Shown: positions 38,336 to 47,274, counted from the first letter of the stretch. The stretch is 64,000 nt of DNA from Vicinamibacteria bacterium (GCA_964291235.2 OZ219816.1:1952001-2016000), one strand, 5' to 3'. The notes: generated from the letters alone by a model not told the origin. Program-made: numbers and translations.

Positions 38336-39085
38336 ATGATGACCCTGGTCCCGCTGGAAGGACTCCCGGAAGTCCAACCGGGAGACGATCTGTCCCGTTT
38401 GCTGCTCGACGGGATGCTGCACGCGCACGTCGAGCCGGCCGACGGCGATGTTCTCGTCGTGTGCCACAAGGTGGTGTCCAAGGCCGAGGGCCGGCTGGTT
38501 TCCCTGGAACGCATGCAGCCGTCCAAGATCGCTCGTGCCTGGGCGCGCGCGAACGGGCGCGACGAGCGGGAGATCCAGGCGGTAATGGGCGAAGCGAAAG
38601 ACGTCGTCCGGGTCCAGCGCGGAGTTCTCATTACCCAGACCCGTCACGGTTTCGTCTGCGCCAACTCGGGGGTGGACCGTTCGAACGTGCCCGAGGGCCA
38701 CGTCTGCCTGCTGCCCGAGGACCCCGACCGGTCGGCGCACGAGCTCTGCGAGCGCCTCTCCTCGGCGACCGAAGCGGCTCTCGGAGTCGTCATTACCGAT
38801 ACCTGGGGCCGTCCCTTCCGTCTGGGAGCGATCAACGTCGCCATCGGGATCTCGGGCGCCTGTTCGCTCCTCGACTACCGCGGCCAGCAGGATCCGACCG
38901 GTCGCGCGCTGCAGTCGGCGACAACCGCGGTGGGGGACGAACTGGCCGCCGCCGCGGGCATTCTGATGGGCAAGCTGCGGCGGATTCCCGCGGTGCTGGT
39001 ACGGGGTGTGCCATCGGACCCGGCGGGGCAGCCGGGAACGGGGGCCTCCCTGCTCCGCGACCGCGGGAAAGACATCTTCCTGTGA
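38336..39085 (+). CDS. cofE: Coenzyme F420-0:L-glutamate ligase
   Basis: 'GLPEVQPGDDL', 'KVVSKAEGR', 'GFVCANSGVDRSN', 'LLPEDPD.SA', 'TDTWGRPFRLG', 'DELAAAAG'. Confidence 0.9.
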   Translation: MMTLVPLEGLPEVQPGDDLSRLLLDGMLHAHVEPADGDVLVVCHKVVSKAEGRLVSLERMQPSKIARAWARANGRDEREIQAVMGEAKDVVRVQRGVLITQTRHGFVCANSGVDRSNVPEGHVCLLPEDPDRSAHELCERLSSATEAALGVVITDTWGRPFRLGAINVAIGISGACSLLDYRGQQDPTGRALQSATTAVGDELAAAAGILMGKLRRIPAVLVRGVPSDPAGQPGTGASLLRDRGKDIFL

Positions 39086-39780
39086 GCGGCCCCCGCTTTG
39101 CGGTGCTGGGCGGGAGCGGACAATTCGGGCTCGGGCTTGCCTGGAGACTCGCGCTCGGCGGAGCGGAGGTGGTGATCGGATCGCGCGATGCGCAGCGGGC
39201 CTCGGAGGCCGCGATCCGGGTACGGAGCGGTCTCGCGCCGGCGGAGGCGATGCCGGCGAGGAAACTCGCGGTGTCCGGCGCGACGAACCGGGCGGCCGCC
39301 GCAACCGGACAGGTGGTGTTCGTCTCGGTTCCTTTCGCCGGCCAAGCGGCCCTCCTCGAGGAACTTGGCTCCGAACTCGACGGGAAGCTGGTGATCTGCT
39401 GCGGCGTCATCTGGCCGCCGGGATCCCACCCCGAGACCTCCGCCGCGGAGGAAGCGGAACGCGTTCTCCGACAAGCGGGCGCCGCCAGGGCCCGCGTCGC
39501 CGCCGCTTTCCAGACGATCGCCGCCGGCCTCCTGCGACGCGCGCCCGAGCCGGCGGCGGAGAGTTCGGCGCCTGACGTCCTGGTCTTCGCCGACGAAGTT
39601 GCCGAGCGCGAGGCGGCATCCCGGGCCGCGGCACTCACCGGGCTCCGCGCGGTACCGGTCGGACCGCTCCGGAAATCCCGGGCGGCCGAAGCCGCTCTCG
39701 GAATCCTCCTCGACCTCAACCGGGGTGCCGCGCGACACGCCGGTCTGATGGTCACCGGACTGAAAACGCCTGCCGCGTGA
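39082..39780 (+). CDS. npdG: NADPH-dependent F420 reductase-like protein
   Basis: GTGA overlap with cofE; 'VLGGSGQFGLGLA..GSRDAQRA', 'VPF', 'SAAEE', 'AAF'. Confidence 0.75.
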   Translation: MSGPRFAVLGGSGQFGLGLAWRLALGGAEVVIGSRDAQRASEAAIRVRSGLAPAEAMPARKLAVSGATNRAAAATGQVVFVSVPFAGQAALLEELGSELDGKLVICCGVIWPPGSHPETSAAEEAERVLRQAGAARARVAAAFQTIAAGLLRRAPEPAAESSAPDVLVFADEVAEREAASRAAALTGLRAVPVGPLRKSRAAEAALGILLDLNRGAARHAGLMVTGLKTPAA

Positions 39781-40832
39781 ACTCCCGTTTCGCACCGAAA
39801 CGGCTCCTGCTGGGGGTCCTGCCCTTCGGCGGAGCGGCGCTCATCCTGGCGCTGCTGTTTCGCCGCATCCCGCCGGAGCGGATGCTCGAGGCGCTCGCCG
39901 GAGCCGACCTGGTCCTGTTCTTCGCGGCGCTCGTCCCGGTCTCCGTGCTGTACGTCCTCCTGGACGGCGCGCTCCTGAGCGCGGTGCTCCGCTGGTTCCA
40001 CCCCCCCGGAATCGGCTTCCGCGAATCCCTCGCGGTCCGCGCGGTGGACTACCTCGTCTCGCTCTGGAACGGGCGCGCCTCGCAGGCCGCCATGGTGGGC
40101 ACCCTCGGGCGGCGCTTCGGAGGAGCGGGCGGCGGGAGCCGGCCGCACGCGGATTCGGGCTACTGGGAATGCGCCGGGACGATCCTCTTCCTGGATCTCT
40201 GCCAAAGGGGCCATCTCCTCCTCTGGGCGGCGGTTGGCGCGATCGTCCTTGGCGGCGCCGCGCCGGAGCACGTTCCGGCGGCCGCCGCGATCGGTTTCGC
40301 CGGCCTCTGCCTGCTCGTCGCCTTCCTGCGGGGCCGGCTCAAGGGCGCCGGGCTCGGGCCGCCCCGCTGGAGGCTGCTCCACTCGCTGCGGAGGGCGGCC
40401 CCCAGGCACTACGCCGCGGTGCTGGCCCTGAAGGCCCCCCTGATCGTGGCCGCCGCCGTCGGGCACCACTTCGCGCTTGGCGCCTTCGGTATCCAGATTC
40501 CGGTGGGAGCCCTCGTCGCCACCCTCCCGATCATCTTTCTGGCGGGGGCCCTCCCGATCGCGGTGGCGCGCGTTGGAACGAGCCAGGCCGCCTGGATCTA
40601 TTTCCACGCGGGAGCCGCGGCCGTCTCACCGGGAGGGGAAGCCGCTCTTCTCGCCTACAGCCTGTCGGCCCACCTCACCTTCCTGCTCCTGAACGCGGCG
40701 CTCAGCGCACCATTCCTCCCGGCCGCCTGGCGCACGATTCGCGGCGCGCCCCAGGCCGGCTCCCGGCCGTTCAGTCGAGCCGCCGGTACACGCTCCGGAG
40801 CAACAGCGGATCCCCTCTCCGCGGCATCTTGA
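39777..40832 (+). CDS. Lysylphosphatidylglycerol synthase TM / flippase-like membrane protein
   Basis: GTGA overlap; about 8 TM; 'ALPIAVARVGTSQAAW' resembles the LPG_synthase_TM P..GG.G..E segment. Confidence 0.65.
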   Translation: MNSRFAPKRLLLGVLPFGGAALILALLFRRIPPERMLEALAGADLVLFFAALVPVSVLYVLLDGALLSAVLRWFHPPGIGFRESLAVRAVDYLVSLWNGRASQAAMVGTLGRRFGGAGGGSRPHADSGYWECAGTILFLDLCQRGHLLLWAAVGAIVLGGAAPEHVPAAAAIGFAGLCLLVAFLRGRLKGAGLGPPRWRLLHSLRRAAPRHYAAVLALKAPLIVAAAVGHHFALGAFGIQIPVGALVATLPIIFLAGALPIAVARVGTSQAAWIYFHAGAAAVSPGGEAALLAYSLSAHLTFLLLNAALSAPFLPAAWRTIRGAPQAGSRPFSRAAGTRSGATADPLSAAS

Positions 40833-41436
40833 GTTCGGTCCGGACGACCAGCACGTCATCCGAGACCTGGAAGGTGCGGAACAGTTCGAGTTTGCCGAAG
40901 GCCAGTTCCCGTTCCTCGCGGACTCGCGCGATACCCCCGCGGAATTCGGCCACGCTGGTAATCCGCCCTCCGCGCCCGTCCTCGCGGGCGTGCTCTTCGC
41001 CGTCGAGGTAGAGGATCTGCACCCGCTCCTCGAGAACCAGGCGCAGTTCCGCCGCATCGGCTTCGATCTCCAGCAGATCCGGCAGACTCAGGACAGGGGC
41101 TCCGCCGCCGCCGGGGCCGCCTCCGCCCACGCCGCCTCTTCCCATACCGCCCCTTCCCATGCCACCCCTGCCGCCGGGCGGCCCGAAACCGCGCCCTCCG
41201 CGCGCGCCTCGCCGGTCCTCGGCTTCCGCCATGGCCTGCTGCATGACCTCGGCCGGGTCATCGCTTTGCTCGGGGTCGAGTTCCCAGAGCCCGGCAAGAT
41301 CCGCGGCATTCTGAGCGACCCCGGCTGCCGCCGGAGCCGTACCCCAGACGAAGAGGAGGACGCCCGTCAGAACGCCCGAAAAAACTCCGGCGAGGGCACT
41401 CGGGGAAGACCCGCGGGGGGGTGTCGCGATCGTCAT
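40771..41436 (-). CDS. Hypothetical exported protein with Gly/Arg-rich linker
   Basis: Signal peptide; 'DLAGLWELDPEQSD', 'GRGGMGRGGMGRGG', C-terminal 'RSVYRR'. Confidence 0.7.
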   Translation of the reverse strand: MTIATPPRGSSPSALAGVFSGVLTGVLLFVWGTAPAAAGVAQNAADLAGLWELDPEQSDDPAEVMQQAMAEAEDRRGARGGRGFGPPGGRGGMGRGGMGRGGVGGGGPGGGGAPVLSLPDLLEIEADAAELRLVLEERVQILYLDGEEHAREDGRGGRITSVAEFRGGIARVREERELAFGKLELFRTFQVSDDVLVVRTELKMPRRGDPLLLRSVYRRLD

Positions 41437-41515
41437 CGGGGTCAGTCTATCGAGAGGTTTCCGCATGATGCACCGCATTCTGCAAGACCCGCGCCACCGC
41501 ATTTTCGGAGGCCGT

Positions 41516-41544
41516 TTGCCCATCCCCCGGAGCCTCCATAGAAT
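41516..41544 (+). promoter_or_regulatory. Sigma70-type promoter of the DUF1553-DUF1501 operon
   Basis: TTGCCC-N17-TAGAAT, followed by RBS GGAG and ATG 41571. Confidence 0.6.
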
Positions 41545-41570
41545 GGCCTATTCGGAGACGTAACACGCGT

Positions 41571-43511
41571 ATGCCCAGCCCGTTTCGCGTGACCCTGTCG
41601 GCACTCTTGGCCGCCGGAGTCAGTATCGCCGCATTCGGCCAGCCGCCCCCGGCGCAGCCTGCGCCAGATCCGCAGGAAAGCCAGCAGGAGATACAGGACC
41701 GGCTGGCGGATCGGGCGCACCGGATTGCCGCCGAGGGCGAGACCGCGGGGGAGAAGGCGCGGCGGGCCATCGCCGCCGCCGATCGGCTGCCACGGGACGC
41801 CGGCACTACCGACGCGGTCGGCAGGCTCCCCCGCCGCACTCTGGTGGACGAGGTCCTCGGTGCGCAGCAGGAGGCGCTCGGGATTCCCCACGCCCCGCCG
41901 TCTTCCGACACCGCATTCCTGCGGCGAGCAACGCTCGACGCCACCGGCCTGATCCCCTCCCCCGAGCAGGTTCGCGCCTTCCTCGCCGACGACTCCCCCG
42001 ACAAGCGGACTCGGCTGGTGGACGAGCTGGTCGGCAGCCAGGAGTTCGCCGAGCAGTGGGCCTGGTTCTTCGGCGACCTGTTCCGCCTCGCCCACCAGGT
42101 AGGCGCCGTCCGCAACCCCTTCCAGAGCTGGATCAAGGAGTGGCTGACGACCGACCGGCCCTACGACGAAGTGGTGCGCGACCTGCTCACCGGAGTCGCC
42201 AAGGCCCACGGCAGCGTCCCCTCCCTCGCCTTCATGGCTCGCTCGCATCAGGCCAAGAGCCGGATCGTGATGAGTCCGGACGACTATTCCATCCACAACC
42301 GGTTGGACGCGATCGACCAGTTCAACGTGGACGTTTCGCGGATCTTTCTGGGAATCAACACCTCCTGTATCTCGTGCCACGACGGCGCCGCCCATCTCGA
42401 GCCGCTGAACGAATGGCTCTCGAAGCGGACGCGCGAGGAGTTCTACCGGCACTCGGCGTTTCTGGGCCATGCACGGCAGATCACCACCTGGGACGACCGG
42501 TCGAAGAACGTGGTGGTGGACCTGCTGGTAGATGACCTCGCCAAGGGTTATGACACCGGCGACGACGCCCCGTACCACACGCTCTCCGAGGGCCGCTTCC
42601 CGCGTTTTGAAGGACTGGCCTACGAGCCGGCCTTCATGCTGACCGGGGAAACGCCCGATCCCGGAGAAAACCCGCGCGACGCGCTGGCGCGGATGCTGAC
42701 CGATCACCCGCAGTTCGCGCGCGCCACCGTGAACCTGGTCTGGGGCAAACTCATGACGGTCGCCTTCGTGGAGCCGTACAACGCTTTCGACCTCGATCGC
42801 ATGGGTCGGCTCGCGGCCGGGGAAGAGGATCCCCTGCCCTCACGTCCCTTGAATCCCGAGCTCATGAACGCGCTGGCCGAGGACTTCCGAAGCAGCGGTT
42901 TCAGCTTCTGGCACCTCGTCAGGACCATCATGAAGTCCGAGACCTACGGGCTCTCCCCGCACTTCGACAAAGACTGGGACGACGCCTGGACCGGCTACTA
43001 CCCGCGCCGCTACGTCCGGGTGCTGACTGGGCCGGAACTCGTGGATTCGCTGGCGCGCGCCACCGACGTCCCCACCGAGTTCGCGTTCGCGGGCACGACC
43101 GTCGAGCGGGTCAAGGAACTCACCAGTCCCTCCGACCTCGGAGGGCGACGCGGACGGGGTGAGGGCGCCGAAGTGGACGCTCTCATGCAGAGCTTCTTCC
43201 AGAGCAACCGCATGACGCCCGCTCCGGTGGGGAACCGGGGCTCCATCCTGCAGGCGCTCCTGATGATGCAGTCCGGGGTCGTGAACCGCCGCGTCTCCAG
43301 TGAATCCGGAGGACGGGTAGCCGACCTCCTCGCCTCCGACAAGGGTGACAGCGACGTGGTCAACGAGCTGTTTCTGGGAACACTCGGACGCCTGCCCACG
43401 GCGTCCGAGGCGGAACTCGGCGCCGAGCGGATCGCCGCGGATCGCCAGCAGGGCACTCAGGACCTGCAGTGGGCGCTTCTCAACTCTCCGGAGTTCCTCC
43501 TGAACCACTGA
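41571..43511 (+). CDS. DUF1549/DUF1553 (PSCyt2/PSD1) c-type heme protein
   Basis: Signal peptide; 'FLRRATLDATGLIP', 'DRPYDEVVRDLLTG', CxxCH 'CISCHD', 'FARATVN.VW', 'PELMNALAEDF', 'DLQWALLNSPEFLLNH'. Confidence 0.9.
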   Translation: MPSPFRVTLSALLAAGVSIAAFGQPPPAQPAPDPQESQQEIQDRLADRAHRIAAEGETAGEKARRAIAAADRLPRDAGTTDAVGRLPRRTLVDEVLGAQQEALGIPHAPPSSDTAFLRRATLDATGLIPSPEQVRAFLADDSPDKRTRLVDELVGSQEFAEQWAWFFGDLFRLAHQVGAVRNPFQSWIKEWLTTDRPYDEVVRDLLTGVAKAHGSVPSLAFMARSHQAKSRIVMSPDDYSIHNRLDAIDQFNVDVSRIFLGINTSCISCHDGAAHLEPLNEWLSKRTREEFYRHSAFLGHARQITTWDDRSKNVVVDLLVDDLAKGYDTGDDAPYHTLSEGRFPRFEGLAYEPAFMLTGETPDPGENPRDALARMLTDHPQFARATVNLVWGKLMTVAFVEPYNAFDLDRMGRLAAGEEDPLPSRPLNPELMNALAEDFRSSGFSFWHLVRTIMKSETYGLSPHFDKDWDDAWTGYYPRRYVRVLTGPELVDSLARATDVPTEFAFAGTTVERVKELTSPSDLGGRRGRGEGAEVDALMQSFFQSNRMTPAPVGNRGSILQALLMMQSGVVNRRVSSESGGRVADLLASDKGDSDVVNELFLGTLGRLPTASEAELGAERIAADRQQGTQDLQWALLNSPEFLLNH

Positions 43512-43521
43512 GGGGTTGAAT

Positions 43522-44934
43522 ATGTGCACCTGCGAGCCCCGCGTCGCCGATCTCCTCCCGGCCCGCCGGGAAGTCCTCAAGATGGGCGGGCTGGCGCTCG
43601 CCGGATCCTTCGTCAACCAGGTCGTCTGGCCACTCAAGGCGCACGCGAACGGGAAGACGAATCCGCGGCGCACCGCCCGCTACTGCATCTTCATCGAGAT
43701 GGGCGGCGCGATCAGCCCCATGGATACCTGGGACTTCAAGCAGACCCGCTGGACCCCCAAGGATCTGGACATGGTCCAGATCAACGATGAGGTCTCACTG
43801 TCCCGGGCCCTCTTCCCGACGCTCGTGGACCGGGTGGACGAGGTCGCCTTCGTGCGCTCGATGCGGGCTCCGGAGCTGATTCACTTCAACGGGCAGTACC
43901 ACACCCAGACCGGCCGGGTGCTGAACGTGGCGCTCGCCCGTGAGGTCCCCGCTTTCGGGAGCATCATCGCCGCCGAACTCGACAAGGAGCGGCGCGAAAC
44001 GGACAGCTTCCCGACCTATGTCAGCACCTATCTCACCCGGGCGCGCGCCGGATCCATCGGGGCAGGCTTCCTGCCCACGCGGTTCTCCGGCCTCGACCTC
44101 GACCCGACCACGGTCTTCGACTCGTTTGGGGGCAACGTGGAGGGCAGCCGGCGGGTGCTCGAAGAGCGCTTCCGCCTGCTGAACCGGCTCGCCGAGGTCT
44201 CCATCCCGGAGCGGGCCTCGCTCGGGGACAAGGAAAACGACTATCGGGACTACTACAAGTCCGCCTACGGGCTGCTCACCGACGAACGTTGGCCGAAGCT
44301 CTTCGTCGCGAGCGATCAGGACAAGGCGCGCTACGGTGAGGACGAGTTCGGTCTCGGCTGCATCCTCGCGCGCAACCTGCTCGAAGCCGACGCCGGCACC
44401 CGCTTCATCTACATCTACGACGGGGACAAGTGGGACCACCACGCCGGCATCTTCGACCGCTCGCGCACCTGGAACCATTACACGACCTGCCCGCGGCTGG
44501 ACAAGGGGTTCACTTCGCTGCTCACCGACCTCGGCGCCCGCCCGGGCAGCGAACCCGGTACGACTCTCCTCGACGAGACGCTCATCGTGGTCACCAGCGA
44601 GTTCGGCCGTACCCCGGAGATGAACCCGGTGGCCGGCCGCGACCACTACCGCTTCGCCTACACCAGCATGTTTGCGGGGGGAGGGGTCCAGGGTGGCCGG
44701 GTGGTCGGCAAGACCAACGAAGACGGTTCGGAAGTCATCGATCCCGGCTGGAAGCATGACGGGCAGCCGTTCATGGACAACACGGTGGCGACCATCTACT
44801 CGGCGCTGGGCATCGACTGGAAGAAGGTGGTCCACAACACCCCGTCGGGCCGCGAGTACGTGTACGTGGATTCGGTCTCGCTCGGCGGGTCGGAGATGAT
44901 GTTCGCCGACGAGATCGCCGAGATCTTCGCCTGA
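43522..44934 (+). CDS. DUF1501 Tat-exported protein
   Basis: Twin-Arg 'RREVLK'; 'MGGAISPMDTWD', 'WDHH', 'SEFGRTP', 'GRDH', 'AGGGVQGG'. Confidence 0.9.
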   Translation: MCTCEPRVADLLPARREVLKMGGLALAGSFVNQVVWPLKAHANGKTNPRRTARYCIFIEMGGAISPMDTWDFKQTRWTPKDLDMVQINDEVSLSRALFPTLVDRVDEVAFVRSMRAPELIHFNGQYHTQTGRVLNVALAREVPAFGSIIAAELDKERRETDSFPTYVSTYLTRARAGSIGAGFLPTRFSGLDLDPTTVFDSFGGNVEGSRRVLEERFRLLNRLAEVSIPERASLGDKENDYRDYYKSAYGLLTDERWPKLFVASDQDKARYGEDEFGLGCILARNLLEADAGTRFIYIYDGDKWDHHAGIFDRSRTWNHYTTCPRLDKGFTSLLTDLGARPGSEPGTTLLDETLIVVTSEFGRTPEMNPVAGRDHYRFAYTSMFAGGGVQGGRVVGKTNEDGSEVIDPGWKHDGQPFMDNTVATIYSALGIDWKKVVHNTPSGREYVYVDSVSLGGSEMMFADEIAEIFA

Positions 44935-44990
44935 TCCGGACTTCGCGGTACCGCCCGAAAGATCCCCAAAAGCGTTCCGGACCGGCGGCG

Positions 44991-45878
44991 ATGGGCACAC
45001 GGCGCCGGCTCCCCGCTCTCGCGGGGCTCGTGACCGGCGTACTCTTGATCTGGCCCGTCATCGGGACGGAGGCGGCGGGAAACGACCCTCCCGAGCCGCA
45101 TTGCAGCGACGACCGCGCGGAGAACATCTGCTGGGTTCCGCCCGGCGACTTCTGGATGGGGAGAACCCGACTCTGGCTGATTGACGAGATCCACTGGCAG
45201 ACCCGGGACCGCGTGGACGCCCGCCCGGTGCACCTGGTGACGCTCCCGGGCTTCTGGATCGACCAGAAGGAGGTCACCCACGAGGCCTATCGGAAGTACA
45301 CCCTTTCGACCGGACTGCCCGAGCCGTTCCACTGGCGACAGGAATTCCCGGAGGAGAAGGCACAGTTCCCGGTGTACAACGTGAATTGGAGCGAAGCGGG
45401 CGAGTACTGCGCATTCCGGGGAAAGCGGCTGCCGACGGAGGCCGAGTGGGAAAAGGCGGCACGGGGCGGGCTCGTGGGAGCGCCCTGGCCGTGGGGCGAC
45501 CAGTACCGGCCCGATCCGGAAGAGGGGGCCCCCGAGGGAACGCGGGTGCCGCCACCGGCCCGCGTAGCCCACCCCGCGTCGCCGACGGACGTGGGATCGT
45601 TTCCTCCGAACGGCTACGGCCTTTACGACATGGTCGGGAACATCGCCGAGTGGGTGGCGGACGGCTACGACCTCGGGTACTACGCAGTGAGCCCGCCGGT
45701 GGACCCGCGCGGGCCCGAGAACGCACCCTACCGGATCTTCCGGGGCGGGAGCTGGGCGGATGCCGACGAGCGGATCGCCAGCGTCCATTACCGGAACTTC
45801 ACGAGACCCGACACCAGAATTCACAGCATCGGCTTCCGGTGCGTACTCGACCACTCCCAGGAAGGGGATACCGAATGA
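44991..45878 (+). CDS. FGE-sulfatase/SUMF1-domain protein
   Basis: 'FWMG', 'EVT', 'PVYNVNW', 'RLPTEAEWEKAARGG', 'GLYDMVGNIAEW', 'RGGSW', 'GFRC'. Confidence 0.9.
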   Translation: MGTRRRLPALAGLVTGVLLIWPVIGTEAAGNDPPEPHCSDDRAENICWVPPGDFWMGRTRLWLIDEIHWQTRDRVDARPVHLVTLPGFWIDQKEVTHEAYRKYTLSTGLPEPFHWRQEFPEEKAQFPVYNVNWSEAGEYCAFRGKRLPTEAEWEKAARGGLVGAPWPWGDQYRPDPEEGAPEGTRVPPPARVAHPASPTDVGSFPPNGYGLYDMVGNIAEWVADGYDLGYYAVSPPVDPRGPENAPYRIFRGGSWADADERIASVHYRNFTRPDTRIHSIGFRCVLDHSQEGDTE

Positions 45879-46897
45879 CCAACACACCAACCAACGGAAT
45901 GAGACGCCGCGAAGCGCTTCGGCGCATCTCGGCCGGCACCGGCGGAGCGGCGCTCGGCGCCGCCGGAGGGGCGGCCTTCGGGAGCGGAGCGGCGGGCGCC
46001 GCCTGCGCTCCGGCGGGTTCTCAGGCCCCTTCGGATCCCGGCCACCGCTTCCGTTCGATGCTTGCCGGCGGGGACCCGGTGATCTGCCCCGGCGCCTTCG
46101 ACATCATTTCGGCGCGACTGATCGTCGAAATGGGCTTCAAGACGCTGCTCCTCGGGGGTAGCGCCGGTTCGGCCGCGAACTTCGGGGTTCCGGACTACGG
46201 GCTCGCCTCGATCACCGAGCTGATCGAAATGGCCGCCCGGATCGCCGACAGCGTTCCGGTTCCGGTCTTTGCCGACGCCGATGATGGGGGCGGCAGTCCG
46301 CTGGCGGTAGGCCGGGCAGTCCGGGGCTACGAACGGGCGGGGCTCGCCGCCGTGATGATCGAGGACCACGTGCAGGCGAAACACCTCGGCGAAGGGGGTG
46401 TCCTGGTCGAGACGGCCTACATGCAGGACAAGTTGCGGGCGGCCGTGGACGCCCGGAAGGGAGGAATGATGATCGTCGCGCGCTGCGACTCCGTTTCGAT
46501 CGGACAGAGCGAGGCGGAAGCAACGGAACGGGGCGCCGCCTACGTGGAGGCCGGCGCGGACCTGCTCTTTTTCGCCGGACTCCCTCCAGAGAGCATGGGC
46601 CGGGTATCGGAGGCTTGCGGCCGGCCGGCGATCGCGAGCGTCCACGACACCCCGATGGCGACGCTCAGGGAAAACAACGTGCCTCTCGTCCTCTATGCGG
46701 GACAGATGCTCCGACTCGCCCTCGGCGCGATGCGGCAGGGGCTTCAGGACATCCACGACGGCGCGACCTGGCCCGGCTATGCCGACCGCGCCCTGCCGGG
46801 CGATGTTTACCAGAACCTCATCCGGTCGCCGCAGTGGCGGGAGGATGCCCGCCGCTACAACCTGGTGGACGAAAGCGGCCGCCAGGTCCGGGGCTAG
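45875..46897 (+). CDS. Isocitrate lyase/PEP mutase superfamily enzyme with Tat signal peptide
   Basis: ATGA overlap; 'MRRREALRR' Tat signal; 'PGAFD..SAR', 'PDYGL', 'ADADDG', 'IED', 'ARCD', 'EAGAD'. Confidence 0.85.
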   Translation: MTNTPTNGMRRREALRRISAGTGGAALGAAGGAAFGSGAAGAACAPAGSQAPSDPGHRFRSMLAGGDPVICPGAFDIISARLIVEMGFKTLLLGGSAGSAANFGVPDYGLASITELIEMAARIADSVPVPVFADADDGGGSPLAVGRAVRGYERAGLAAVMIEDHVQAKHLGEGGVLVETAYMQDKLRAAVDARKGGMMIVARCDSVSIGQSEAEATERGAAYVEAGADLLFFAGLPPESMGRVSEACGRPAIASVHDTPMATLRENNVPLVLYAGQMLRLALGAMRQGLQDIHDGATWPGYADRALPGDVYQNLIRSPQWREDARRYNLVDESGRQVRG

Positions 46898-47134
46898 CAG
46901 CCTGTGGCAAAACCCCCGCGGCGTTCGAGTGGCGATGCATCCCGCCTGATCCGCCCCCCCACCGGGAGAACTGGCGCGTTGCGGCGCTCTGCGTTGCGTT
47001 TCGGTCGAAATACACTCGGTATTCCTCCCTCACGCGCCTTGTCAGCCGGGCCCCCACCGGGAGAACTGGCCCCACCGGGAGAACTGGGCCTCGCCCCTCT
47101 CGGCGCTCACGGGGGTTTCACCACAGGTTGCTAG
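46894..47134. mobile_element. MITE-like non-autonomous element (241 bp)
   Basis: Terminal inverted repeats CTAGCAGCCTGTGGCAAAACCCCC / GGGGGTTTCACCACAGGTTGCTAG (21/24 match including CTAG at both ends); no transposase. Confidence 0.7.
46957..47086 (+). repeat. 17-mer CCCCACCGGGAGAACTG, three copies (also at 49322-49338 and, with one mismatch, on the minus strand at 8518-8534)
   Basis: Exact copies at 46957-46973, 47052-47068, 47070-47086. Confidence 0.85.
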
Positions 47135-47274
47135 GAACGCCGGCACCCGCTGGCCGCAGGCCGGTGGAACGGTGCGTCCCCGATCGCTGCCGGTCGGCAA
47201 ACGGGTCGACCGGCTCCCCGTGACCCCCGATCACGGGAACGCCGCCTAGCCCCCGCCAACCGGACCACTCCGCG

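Noticed and set aside
41100-41220. GRGGMGRGGMGRGG repeat as an RGG RNA-binding domain
   Set aside because: It lies in an exported protein and such Gly-rich linkers also occur in the amidohydrolases here; treated as low-complexity sequence.
46957-47086. Repeated 17-mer as a possible CRISPR array
   Set aside because: Repeat too short, spacing irregular (1 bp and 78 bp), and no cas genes in the window.
46904-47134. 76-aa ORF after the ICL-fold gene
   Set aside because: Lies wholly inside the MITE-like element; more likely an incidental open frame.
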